Translations under genes and position numbers: made by a program
Assembly (NCBI GenBank): GCA_004322205.1
Contig: SCSN01000005.1
Span: 6,642-70,641, forward strand
Origin: Patescibacteria group bacterium
GTDB taxonomy: Bacteria; Patescibacteriota; Minisyncoccia; Phycocordibacterales; Zambryskibacteraceae
Reading direction: 5' to 3'
DNA: 64,000 nt
Shown: positions 11,699-21,166 of the stretch, piece by piece
Layout: every line of letters starts with the position of its first letter
Numbering within the stretch: position 1 is the first letter of the stretch
The notes under the pieces: generated by a model
The model's database searches: none
What the model was told of the DNA's origin: nothing
Seen by the model: the letters and a program-made list of their open reading frames with translations, nothing else

Positions 11699-13030
11699 TT
11701 AGGTGTTGTTCTCGCGACTGGTTGTGCGCTTCAAAACGTTTTTGTTTCGCAATAATCGATCGACCAAAGCCGAAGCGAAGACAACAAGTATCGGCAAAAG
11801 CGGAAACAAAAAGCTACTGAGGTGAGAAGCTCTCTGAAATGTTCTAAGTGCCGTAAAGCCGATGGCCGCGGCAGTCACATATCCGAGGTAGAGAAGAATC
11901 AAAATACCCCATCCGCCCAAGGAAAGTGAAAAGAGAGCGTATATTCCCAGCATTAAAAGCGCCCAATGAAGAAAAGTGAACGTTCCCTTGAGACTCATAA
12001 CCGTCAACAACTCTTGGGGTAAACGCCGTTCCTTAATGCTCTTTAGGGCTACTTCCCGGTAAGAAAAGTCGGCATCCCGATCAACCAGCCAGAGATTGTA
12101 CGGGAACAAATACATTCTTTTTAGGCCGGAGAGAAGTGTTGAGGACTTTGAAAGAACTTTTGCTAGAGAGCTCAACTGATTAGGCGAGATGAGCCCTAAC
12201 TCGCCCTTCGCGACAATCTGCACTTTGTGTATCTCGTCGGATACTTGAAAGTTACGGTAAGTCCATGGGGCTAATACGGCAAAGTAGGCTAAAATTAAAA
12301 GAAAAGTAAGGAGTCCGGTCTTTTTAAACCTCGTTAGAAATCCGCGCCCCTTCGGAGCGGCGGCAGCCATTTGGGAGTGGTTTATTTCTAACGAGGTAAG
12401 AAAGGGAGAGGTAAACTTCATCACAATAGAGCGGCCAACTAGCCAAATAAAAAAAACTAAAGGAACGTAAAATCCAATCGATTTAGTCAGAGTGGCAAAT
12501 CCCAAGAAAGCTCCCGAAGCAAGCGCCGACCTCAAACTCCCTCTCTCAACCAACCTAATAAAAAAGAACAGCCCGAAAATAGAAAGAGTAGTGTAGAGTA
12601 ACACACTACTTCCATAATCAAGCGTTTGCAGTAAAAACGGCGGCCAGAGAGCGGTAACTACTCCTGCCGCAAGCGCCGTGCGTTTTACAAAAAGTTCTCG
12701 CCCGATAAGATAGCTGGCCACTGCAAGAAGAGCGCCCAAGATTACCTGCGCGCCGACAACAACGACAGGCGAGGTTCCGAAGATAAAATAGAGCGCAGCA
12801 AGAAATATAGCGAAGCCGGGATTAATATTCGGCGAACCGTAAGTTTTTGCCGGCTCGCCGGCAAAGTCGCCCTGCACCAACAACGATTTTGCCATGCGAT
12901 CAAAAAGCGGAAAATCGCCGCCAGAAGGATCAACCGGACTAAAAAGTAGTACCGTGGCAATCCGGACAACAATCGCAAGAAGTACAATTAATACAATCGG
13001 TCGAGAAAATATTATTCTGATTTTATACAT
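11699..13030 (-). CDS. GT39/GT83-like (ArnT / PMT_2 family) polyprenyl-phosphate-sugar dependent glycosyltransferase, membrane protein
   Basis: 443 aa with about 10 TM helices and an N-terminal region typical of the PMT_2/ArnT family (signal-anchor followed by a DPSGGDFPLFD loop). Confidence 0.6.
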   Translation of the reverse strand: MYKIRIIFSRPIVLIVLLAIVVRIATVLLFSPVDPSGGDFPLFDRMAKSLLVQGDFAGEPAKTYGSPNINPGFAIFLAALYFIFGTSPVVVVGAQVILGALLAVASYLIGRELFVKRTALAAGVVTALWPPFLLQTLDYGSSVLLYTTLSIFGLFFFIRLVERGSLRSALASGAFLGFATLTKSIGFYVPLVFFIWLVGRSIVMKFTSPFLTSLEINHSQMAAAAPKGRGFLTRFKKTGLLTFLLILAYFAVLAPWTYRNFQVSDEIHKVQIVAKGELGLISPNQLSSLAKVLSKSSTLLSGLKRMYLFPYNLWLVDRDADFSYREVALKSIKERRLPQELLTVMSLKGTFTFLHWALLMLGIYALFSLSLGGWGILILLYLGYVTAAAIGFTALRTFQRASHLSSFLFPLLPILVVFASALVDRLLRNKNVLKRTTSRENNT

Positions 13031-14100
13031 GACCGAAAGCTAGCCTCGTATAACTTTAAATACTTTTCTTTGTATCTCAACTCAAGATTAACTATTGTCT
13101 GGTATGCTGACTTGCTAAGCATCTCTCTTTTTTTTGGGTTTCGGTAAAGATCTTCAATTGCGGCAACAACAGCCGCCTCGTCTCCTACCGGCACTACAAT
13201 ACCGTTCTTACCATTTTCAACTATTTCCCCAGCCAAGCCAACGTCGCTCATTATTATAGGTGTTCCGGACGCCATGGCCTCAATCACTGTTCGGGCCCAC
13301 CCCTCGTATACTGAGGTCAGAAGAAACAGATCGGCGGTCTTGTAGTAGGAAACTAGATCGTCGCTCCAAGATTCAAACGCGACGTTGACGCGAATATCCT
13401 CGCTTTCTTTCTTAAGCCGCCCCTCAAGAGGGCCGGAGCCGACAATCAAAAGTCCGAGCCGGGGATACTTTTTGCTTAGTTGACGTACCGCCCGAATCGC
13501 AAGAGAAATATTTTTTTGCCCAAAAAGGCGACAGGCCATCAGAATTATAAAATCGAAATGGGGATATTTTTTGTGTAAATTAACCTTCGCCTTCCCGTTC
13601 AAATAACGATCGAGGTCTACGTATACAGGAAGAACCGAGACCTGTGGAGCAGACAGTTTCATGGTTTCCATGATGTATCTTTTTATGCCCTCGGAAACCA
13701 CGCGTATGCAGTCGGCGCGCGAGATGAGAAACTTTGCCATCAGCACAAAGAGCTTGTTTTTCAGCGACTCCGACCAAAAGTATGGAGTGAATACGCCGGT
13801 ATGTATCTGGAGTTGTAGCGGAAGATTAAATTCTTTAGCAAGCAAATAAGCAACAATTCCGCAGACAAAAGGATCTTGTGCGGTGATAATGTTAAACGAT
13901 TCGCGTTTAATTCTTCTTCTTCCCTCAAACCAAGCTTTGAGTACGTTTTGTAATTTACGGGCCGGTGATTTTTTATACGTATTTAAAGAAATAATCGAAA
14001 GTTTCTCTAAAACCCTCACATAGAGAGCCATGCGTTGATTAACCTCGCTGTCCGGATCCACCAAGTTTGGATCCATACTAATCATTAGGACTCTCATCAT
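13012..14100 (-). CDS. Glycosyltransferase family 4
   Basis: [21 protein letters not shown] motif. Confidence 0.8.
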   Translation of the reverse strand: MMRVLMISMDPNLVDPDSEVNQRMALYVRVLEKLSIISLNTYKKSPARKLQNVLKAWFEGRRRIKRESFNIITAQDPFVCGIVAYLLAKEFNLPLQLQIHTGVFTPYFWSESLKNKLFVLMAKFLISRADCIRVVSEGIKRYIMETMKLSAPQVSVLPVYVDLDRYLNGKAKVNLHKKYPHFDFIILMACRLFGQKNISLAIRAVRQLSKKYPRLGLLIVGSGPLEGRLKKESEDIRVNVAFESWSDDLVSYYKTADLFLLTSVYEGWARTVIEAMASGTPIIMSDVGLAGEIVENGKNGIVVPVGDEAAVVAAIEDLYRNPKKREMLSKSAYQTIVNLELRYKEKYLKLYEASFRSCIKSE

Positions 14101-14298
14101 GTACGAAATAAAAATTTATAATCTTTGTTTCGACTTCGCTCGGATGCACTGTAAACAAGTTTCCACGCATCTCTCGCTCGTCGAAATAGGAAATATCCAG
14201 ATTCCCGTAGGTTATTGTTAAGACTTTGTCCTGTCATTGTACTCCATTACTGAATCCATCGCTTCTCAACTTCATAACCGAGCAATTTTGTACGAGAC

Positions 14299-15444
14299 TC
14301 ATGAAAAAAGAAGTTTTGTTATGGCATCTAGCATGCGCTCCCCACCAAACTCCTTGGCTCGCTCCTTCCCGCACCGTGAGAGCTTTGCCGAGAGCCTCCT
14401 ATTTTCAAGAACCTTGAGAATAGCCTCAAGCAAGGGCCCGCTTTCGCCCGGCGGCACCAAGAGCCCACTCTTCCCGTCTTCAACAATCTCCGCATTACCT
14501 CCGGCATCAGTCGCAACTGTCGGCACGCTGAGAGATAACACCTCAAGCAACTGGTGCGAGAAACCTTCATAGGAACTATTCAAAACAAAAACGTCAGAAG
14601 CCTGAATATGCTCCAGCGCTTCTTTTCTCGGAAGTCTCCCGGTGAAAAACACTTTCCCGCTGATGCCTAAGCGCGCGGCAAGACTCTCGAGGCGCGCGCG
14701 GTCAGGCCCGTCGCCAATTAAAACCAGCCGCGCCTCGCGATAACTCTCGAGGAGACGGGGGAAAACGCGCAGCAGACCGTCAAACCCCTTCCAAGGCACG
14801 AAACGGCCGGCACTTGCAAGAATTGGACCGCTCCAACTAAATCTCTTTCTCAATGATTCCTTTGAATCTAAAACTTTGACTTGTTCCGCGGCATTATAAA
14901 TGACGACAATTCGCTCCTCTGCTATACCCCAATTTGAAACAATGTTTTTGAGATAGCGGCTCGGCACAACAACCCTCTCGGCTCTCGAAGCTACAAAACA
15001 CTGGACTCGTTTGAGCACTGCTACAAGAAGCGGATAGCCTTCACTTCTTTTTGAAAAAACGTCGAGCGAGTCGGTAATACCGGCGCGCTGAACACCCTGC
15101 TCCCAAGCATAATCGCCGACAATTTTTAAAAAGAATCTCTTGCCAAGAATTCTGGCGGCAAGAAGGGATGGGAGTCCAACAGAAACCGGATCCTGGGCAT
15201 AGACAATGTCCGCCCCAATACTTTTCAGCACCACAAGTAGAAAATAAGCAAGGTGACTTAAAAGTTTGGGTAAGAAAGAGATCGAGCTGAATTTCGCCAG
15301 AGAAACTTCAAACCCGCGGCCGGGAAGATACTCAAAGAGGATCTTACTGTAAGTTGCCGGACCACCCGCTTGAGGCGGAAAAAGCGGGGTGGAAATAAGA
15401 ATTTTTGGCTTTTCCACCTTTATTTTCCGTGCTAAAATTGCCAT
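14299..15444 (-). CDS. Glycosyltransferase family 4
   Basis: EVLSLSVPTVATDAGGNAEIV motif. Confidence 0.8.
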   Translation of the reverse strand: MAILARKIKVEKPKILISTPLFPPQAGGPATYSKILFEYLPGRGFEVSLAKFSSISFLPKLLSHLAYFLLVVLKSIGADIVYAQDPVSVGLPSLLAARILGKRFFLKIVGDYAWEQGVQRAGITDSLDVFSKRSEGYPLLVAVLKRVQCFVASRAERVVVPSRYLKNIVSNWGIAEERIVVIYNAAEQVKVLDSKESLRKRFSWSGPILASAGRFVPWKGFDGLLRVFPRLLESYREARLVLIGDGPDRARLESLAARLGISGKVFFTGRLPRKEALEHIQASDVFVLNSSYEGFSHQLLEVLSLSVPTVATDAGGNAEIVEDGKSGLLVPPGESGPLLEAILKVLENRRLSAKLSRCGKERAKEFGGERMLDAITKLLFS

Positions 15445-15473
15445 TCATTACAGTTAACCACACCAATTCATTC

Positions 15474-16291
15474 ATGGAAACCCCCCAAATAACAATTTAT
15501 GGCTTCGGCTACGTCGGGAAGACACTCTGGCAGTTTCTCAAAGAGCACTACGCTCTTCAGGTTTTTGACCCTGGAGTCAAAAACCTTGCAGTAAAGAACA
15601 ACCGCGAAGAACTAGTGGACACACCTTACGCAGTCATCTGCGTACCTACCCCGCCGCAAAAAGACGGCTCGTGTGACATTTCTATCGTCGAAGAGACAGT
15701 GAAAAAATCAAATCATGAGTTTTACCTCATTAAATCAACCGTCGCTCCTGGCACCACGGCGCGTCTCGTCAAAGAGACAGGTAAAAAAATTGCCTTCAGC
15801 CCGGAATATCTCGGAGAGGGGAAATACGAAATCCCTTTTTGGAAAGACCTGCCCCATCCAACAAACATGAAACTGCATCAATTTCACATTTTCGGAGGCG
15901 AAAGAGAAACAACCAGAAAATGGCTGGAAATCTGGCAAAAAGTTTCTGGTTGGGGACCAACATACGCCCAAAAACTGACAGTACCACTGCCGAACTGGCA
16001 AAATACATGGAAAACGCCTTCCTAGCGACCAAAAAAATTTTCTGTGACGAATTTTACGATATCGCCCGGTCATTCGACGTCGACTATAACGAACTCAAAG
16101 AGCTCTGGCTGCTTGACGGCCGGATGGGAAGAGCGATGACTCTAATTTACCCTGAAGCGCGCGGTTTTGGCGGTAGATGCCTCCCAAAGGACGTGAGTGC
16201 CATAATTAAACACTCGGAAAAATGGGGACACACTCCAAAGTTACTGAAACAAGTCTTGTCTCTGAACAAAGAACTTAAAAAAGAAAACTGA
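15474..16291 (+). pseudogene. Nucleotide-sugar dehydrogenase (UDP-glucose/GDP-mannose dehydrogenase family) remnant, frameshifted near 15950-15990 and lacking the C-terminal UDP-binding domain
   Basis: Frame 1 carries ITIYGFGYVGKTLW (NAD Rossmann), ARLVKETGKKIAFSPEYLGEG and IFGGERETT. Frame 2 continues with TAELAKYMENAFLATKKIFCDEFYDIA and GGRCLPKD (catalytic Cys motif), then stops about 30 aa later. A normal family member has a further ~130-aa domain. Confidence 0.6.
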
Positions 16292-16308
16292 GACTACCGT
16301 AGTAAAAG

Positions 16309-17514
16309 CTATTCGGCAAGCGAACGAAACACCTTCGTCATGGCATCGGCAATCACAGACCAATCGTATTGCCGGCGCACCATTTCTTTTGCATTTTTAA
16401 CGATCTGTTCTGTAAGTTCTGTATTTTGTAAATACTCCTGCACTTTTTCCGCAATGCTTTTAGGATTACCCACCTCGCAAAAAAGTCCCGTCTCACCGTC
16501 ATGCAGGAAATCAACTATACCGCCAACAGGAGTGGCGATGACAGGGATTCCTGCCGCCATAGCTTCAACAAAGGAACTGCCCATGCCTTCGGAGCGCGAC
16601 GGTCGGACAAAAATATCAGAGATTTGAAGGTAGAGAGGGACATCAGTTTGTTTAACATAGCCGAGGAAAACCACCCGCTCGGCAACCCGGAGACGGCGGG
16701 CCAGCTCTTTGAGCTTCAACTCTTCCTGCCCCTGCCCTAGGATAAGCAGCTTGAAAGTCGAGGGTAAGAAAGTGATGGCACTAATGATGTCACCAACAGC
16801 ATTCTTCTCTTCTAGACGCGAAGTGGTAATAAGAAAAATATCGCCGGTTTTTTTGTTGAGCTTATGTTTCAGAGCACGTATCTCTTCTTCGCGGCGAGGC
16901 TGCGAAAAACGTCTTACATCAACACCATTGGGCACAACCTCCAACGACCCGTGATAGCCCATCTCCCGCGCGATTTGCGCCAGGTAGTTCGAGATTGCTT
17001 GTATGGCATCAGCCGAGAGAAAAATTTTCCGGTACAAGAACAAGAGCGGACCAACCCGTCGCTTATAGTGCTCGATCGGATCACCTTCTTGGAGAGTTAA
17101 AAGAAACGGAACCGAGGAGTGCCAAATTTTAAAAAAAAGAGCGGCGAAGCCGGCGTAGTTCGCTTGAATGCTCCAGATTGCATCGTAGCGATGCCTAGCA
17201 TAAAGCTTCCGGGCAAAAAGCGCCCCGAGAAAAGGGAATAAATACTTGTTGTAGTGGAGGGGGAAGCGTCTCACATCCCCGACGACAGGATTGCGCCCGG
17301 TAAAGCCGAGGCGGTGCACTAGAACATTGCCGACACGCTCGAGGCGTGGCAGAGACGAGTCAAACCGAAGTGTCACCATATGAAACTCAATCTCGTCGGG
17401 CGCTATGCGATCTGTAATTTCTTTGACGGCAAGCTCTGCTCCGCCCATGAAACGGTTATCGTAGATTGAAGAAAAGATAAGAATTCTCCTCATGAAATGA
17501 GTATATGGAGTCAC
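16309..17514 (-). CDS. Glycosyltransferase family 4
   Basis: EAMAAGIPVIATPVGGIVDFL motif. Confidence 0.8.
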   Translation of the reverse strand: MTPYTHFMRRILIFSSIYDNRFMGGAELAVKEITDRIAPDEIEFHMVTLRFDSSLPRLERVGNVLVHRLGFTGRNPVVGDVRRFPLHYNKYLFPFLGALFARKLYARHRYDAIWSIQANYAGFAALFFKIWHSSVPFLLTLQEGDPIEHYKRRVGPLLFLYRKIFLSADAIQAISNYLAQIAREMGYHGSLEVVPNGVDVRRFSQPRREEEIRALKHKLNKKTGDIFLITTSRLEEKNAVGDIISAITFLPSTFKLLILGQGQEELKLKELARRLRVAERVVFLGYVKQTDVPLYLQISDIFVRPSRSEGMGSSFVEAMAAGIPVIATPVGGIVDFLHDGETGLFCEVGNPKSIAEKVQEYLQNTELTEQIVKNAKEMVRRQYDWSVIADAMTKVFRSLAE

Positions 17515-17552
17515 TGTGCCTAGTCAACCCCGTAGTGAAAAATGACGCTGTG

Positions 17553-19310
17553 CTATTCACGCGCCTCTGGCGAGGCGTCATTTTCTATTACAGGGTCAAC
17601 ATGAAGGAGCTTTTTGAGTTCTTCTTCCGAAACTCCGTGTGGTCGGGGCCGTGTCCCGGAGGCAGCCGCTGATGAGTCCTCTTTTTGACTGTCGGCGGTC
17701 TCCGAAACGTTTTTAATTTCCTGATCTCTGACTTCCGCTTGTTGTTGTTTATTGGTTGGTGGTTGCTGGTTGGTTATAGCGGCAAGGGCGACGCGCAGCT
17801 CAGAGAGATGCTCCGGGCTAGGCTCTTTTTTCTTCTTCGGCTGGCGCAGCGCTCCAAGCGGAATCGGCGCTCTCTCACCCCCTTTCTTCTCTTTCTGTCC
17901 TTCTTCCTGTACTCTCTCGGCGCTCATGAGATCTTCAAAAACCTTTCTTTTCTCCCTCTTGAAATCTGTGAAGTCTGTCCTGCGAGGTTCTTTCCGTTTA
18001 TTCAGCTCGGGAGTGAGATGCTCCTCCTCGTGCCACTTTAGAATCTCCGCCTCCACCAGAGCGCGCGGGCGGGCAAAGTTTACTCGAGAATGGTCGATGA
18101 TTTGCTCCTTGAGACTCGCTGGCGGCTTGTCCATGGGCGGCAAGGTCGTCGCAGAAAATGGCGAGGAGGAAACGCCGTCAATCATGAGTTTAAGATAAAT
18201 CTGGGCGAAACCGAGGTTGACTAAATCCTCGGCCGTAAAAGTAGGGGCAAATTCTTTCTCCAGTACTTCGGCGTCGTAGGCACCCACCCGGAAGGTAACC
18301 ATTGTCCCGACGTTACCGAAGACTGCTGCTCTCACCTCTTCTGACATTTGTTCAATATACTGGTGAGCGATAGTCAGATTGAGTTTATATTTGCGCGCCT
18401 CGGAGAGAATATCGGCAAATGATTCATTGGCAAATGACTGAAACTCATCAACAAAAAGGTTGAAACTAGGCAAGCCGGCAAGCAGGGACTCGCTGGCATC
18501 AGCTCGGGAGAGTGCCGCCAGATAAATTTTAGTGATAAGCATGCTGCCGAGGAGATTGGCGTTGGTCTCTCCCACTCGCCCCTTGGAGAGATTGATGATA
18601 AAAACTTTGCCCTCGTCCATGACCTTGCGGAAATCAAAGGTGGAGCGGGGCTGGCCGATGATATTGCGCACCAGCGGGTTCGAAATGAACTGACCGACTT
18701 TATTCTGGATAGCGGGTGTGGCTTCTTGAGTATAGCGATCGGTGTATTTGGCAAATTCATCCACCCAGAAAGCTCTGACTGCCGGGTCGGTAATATGCGC
18801 TACCACCTTGCTCCGATAGCCCTTATCGGCAAGCATTCGGTTAATGCTAATGAGCGTCGAGTCGGGGTATTCAAGAAGGGCCAGGATAGTGTTTGAGAGA
18901 ATGTATTCCATGCGGGCGCTCCAGGCATCCACCCAAATTTTCTTAAAGGCGGAGAGAAGACCGCTCGAGACAAGATGGCGCTTGTCGGCACCGACGTCCT
19001 CCATGACATTAAAAGAAATTGGATAGTCAGTGTCAAAGGGAGCAAAGTAGATAACATCTCGAAGACGATGCTCGGGCACATAATCGAGCAGAAACTCGGC
19101 GGTCTTGCCGTGCGGATCGACAAATGCCAGCCCTTCGCCGTTCTGGATATCCTGAACGGCCATGTTTTCAAGGAGCGTGGATTTACCCATCCCTGTTTTT
19201 CCGATGACGTAAACGTGGCGCGTCCGGTCTTTGGCTTTAATGCCAAATTTGACCCTCTTATTGCGGGCATCGGTCTCGCCAACATATGTCACTCGTTCTG
19301 GGTCGTACAT
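17553..19310 (-). CDS. TraD/TrwB/VirD4-like (type IV coupling protein family) P-loop ATPase with a low-complexity K/E-rich C-terminal tail
   Basis: 585 aa. Walker A VIGKTGMGKST, Walker B NLFVDEFQSF, and an arrangement typical of 'T4SS coupling protein DNA-binding domain' proteins. The C-terminal ~150 aa is charged low complexity. Confidence 0.6.
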   Translation of the reverse strand: MYDPERVTYVGETDARNKRVKFGIKAKDRTRHVYVIGKTGMGKSTLLENMAVQDIQNGEGLAFVDPHGKTAEFLLDYVPEHRLRDVIYFAPFDTDYPISFNVMEDVGADKRHLVSSGLLSAFKKIWVDAWSARMEYILSNTILALLEYPDSTLISINRMLADKGYRSKVVAHITDPAVRAFWVDEFAKYTDRYTQEATPAIQNKVGQFISNPLVRNIIGQPRSTFDFRKVMDEGKVFIINLSKGRVGETNANLLGSMLITKIYLAALSRADASESLLAGLPSFNLFVDEFQSFANESFADILSEARKYKLNLTIAHQYIEQMSEEVRAAVFGNVGTMVTFRVGAYDAEVLEKEFAPTFTAEDLVNLGFAQIYLKLMIDGVSSSPFSATTLPPMDKPPASLKEQIIDHSRVNFARPRALVEAEILKWHEEEHLTPELNKRKEPRRTDFTDFKREKRKVFEDLMSAERVQEEGQKEKKGGERAPIPLGALRQPKKKKEPSPEHLSELRVALAAITNQQPPTNKQQQAEVRDQEIKNVSETADSQKEDSSAAASGTRPRPHGVSEEELKKLLHVDPVIENDASPEARE

Positions 19311-19399
19311 AGAAAAGTTTCCCTAATTATACAACAGTTTATTGACAAAGCGCCTTAAACCTTTAGGATACTTGGCAGAACCTGCACGGGAGATGCGAC

Positions 19400-19864
19400 G
19401 TGGAGCAAAGAAATATTGCCGGCGTCGTCATTTTTCTGGTGTGGCGACATCGGTTCCTTATGATCCTCCGGGATAACAAGCCAGACATTCTCTTCCCCGG
19501 TACCTGGTGCCCTGTCACCGGAGGAAGAAACGATGAAGAGGACCTCGAACAGGCAGCGCTTCGTGAGCTTCGAGAGGAAATCGGCTTTGTCCCTCTCGAT
19601 CTCGCAACCCTCGGAATATCAATCAAGGGAAACGGCTTCTTCTTCGGAAGACTCACCGACAAAGAGCGCGGGGCCATCGTGCTTGGAGAAGGTCAGAAGT
19701 ATGACTTCTTCTCGTACGACGATCTTTTGACTCTAGACATTGGCGGGGCGATGAAGCCGTACCTTGAGAGACGCTCTCGAGTCTTCCGCAGGATGGCAGA
19801 GACAGGATTGCCACCGTTCGGCCGTGAACTCGGTCTTGCAACCTGGAACGGACGTCGTTCCTAG
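19400..19864 (+). CDS. NUDIX hydrolase
   Basis: Nudix box GGRNDEEDLEQAALRELREEIGF (Gx5Ex7REUxEExGU). Confidence 0.75.
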   Translation: MEQRNIAGVVIFLVWRHRFLMILRDNKPDILFPGTWCPVTGGRNDEEDLEQAALRELREEIGFVPLDLATLGISIKGNGFFFGRLTDKERGAIVLGEGQKYDFFSYDDLLTLDIGGAMKPYLERRSRVFRRMAETGLPPFGRELGLATWNGRRS

Positions 19865-19928
19865 AGAGAGCTTCTTGGGGCTCTCTCTTCTTTTTCATAT
19901 TCTTTAATATCGTGATACGCTAGCTTTC

Positions 19929-20594
19929 ATGCAAGCGGTTATTTTAGCGGCAGGTAAAGGTATTCGAATGGGAGAAGCGACAAAAAATTTCCCGAAAGTC
20001 CTGCTTTTATACAAAAACAAAACCCTGCTTCGTTGGAAATTGGACGCCCTACCAGATAACATTGACGAAGTTACAATAGTTGTCGGTCATGGCGGGGATC
20101 TCATCAAAAACGCAGTGAGCGGTGCTCATAACGGCAAAAGAATAACTTTTGTCGAAGAAAATGAAGCGAGGGGGACCGGGTTTGCTCTTTGGAAGACAAA
20201 AGAAGTCCTCGGGGAAAGATTTTTAGTTTTAATGGGAGACGACATCTATAGTCCGGAATCAATAAGAGAGGCGACCAAATACCCCTGGTCCATTACCGTG
20301 AAAAAAGTTAACAGGGATGATAATTCAAGCCGCGTGCTTCTTGACGATAACGCTAAATTTATTGATTTTGTTACTGCAGATAAATACAGAGAATTGAAAA
20401 GTGGTGGGGGGTTTGCCTTTACCGGGCTTTATAGTCTGGAAAAAGCAATATTTAAACACCCTCTTGCAAAAATGAAAACTAAAGATGAGTGGGGACTGCC
20501 GCAGACCCTTGTTCAAATCGCCCCCGACATTAATTTAAGAATATTAGAGACGAATTTTTGGATCCCGATCTCAACTCCTAGTGACTTAATTTAA
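19929..20594 (+). CDS. Sugar-phosphate nucleotidyltransferase (NTP_transferase domain)
   Basis: MQAVILAAGKGIRMG N-terminal signature of G1P nucleotidyltransferases. 221 aa. Confidence 0.75.
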   Translation: MQAVILAAGKGIRMGEATKNFPKVLLLYKNKTLLRWKLDALPDNIDEVTIVVGHGGDLIKNAVSGAHNGKRITFVEENEARGTGFALWKTKEVLGERFLVLMGDDIYSPESIREATKYPWSITVKKVNRDDNSSRVLLDDNAKFIDFVTADKYRELKSGGGFAFTGLYSLEKAIFKHPLAKMKTKDEWGLPQTLVQIAPDINLRILETNFWIPISTPSDLI

Positions 20595-20754
20595 CGATAT
20601 AATCCCCGATAAACAACGGTCAGACAAAAACTGTCCCCTGCGGTCGAGCAAAAGTTCTATGACGATAGTTTTTTCCACGCGAAATATTCCCCGCGTGTAG
20701 TGTATAGCAGCTACCGCAGCACAAAATCGATTCCGCAAACGAAAAGGGCGGCGC

Positions 20755-21126
20755 TCACCTGCCGCCCCACGAGCTCCGTCGCCAGAGGATTGTCGGTGCT
20801 GTCCAGCCCTGTTGAAACCGGCGGGTTTCTTGCCGCACATCCCGCTCCGGCGGAGAATAATCCCCTCGCGATTCGGCAACCTCAAGGTAGGTAATAAGAG
20901 CACCCAGCGTCTTCTGACTTCTGACTTGGAGAAAGAGCTGTTCCCCTGCTGCCGCTAGCTCCTCAGTCGAAGCATCATCAAAGTGCCACTGTGCTGCAAC
21001 TTCCTGGTGAACTTTTCTCATCAGGAAATCCCAAATTTCCATCTCATCGGTGATGAGACTTCTGGGGATTTTAGAGAGCGACGCCATCAGTTCGTAGACG
21101 TGCTCTCGAACCGTAAGCGCGCCCAT
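20755..21126 (-). CDS. Hypothetical protein (start taken at the internal Met to avoid overlap with the upstream gene)
   Basis: ORF only. No recognisable motif. Confidence 0.3.
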   Translation of the reverse strand: MGALTVREHVYELMASLSKIPRSLITDEMEIWDFLMRKVHQEVAAQWHFDDASTEELAAAGEQLFLQVRSQKTLGALITYLEVAESRGDYSPPERDVRQETRRFQQGWTAPTILWRRSSWGGR

Positions 21127-21166
21127 ACACTCTCCTAGTAAGAACTTCTCTCGCCACTCTACACGC

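Noticed and set aside
17685-19358. Plus-strand ORFs (17685-18041, 17752-18198, 18975-19358) and minus-strand alternative-frame ORFs (18374-18760, 18800-19285)
   Set aside because: They are embedded in the TraD-like ATPase gene, whose own frame has clear Walker motifs.
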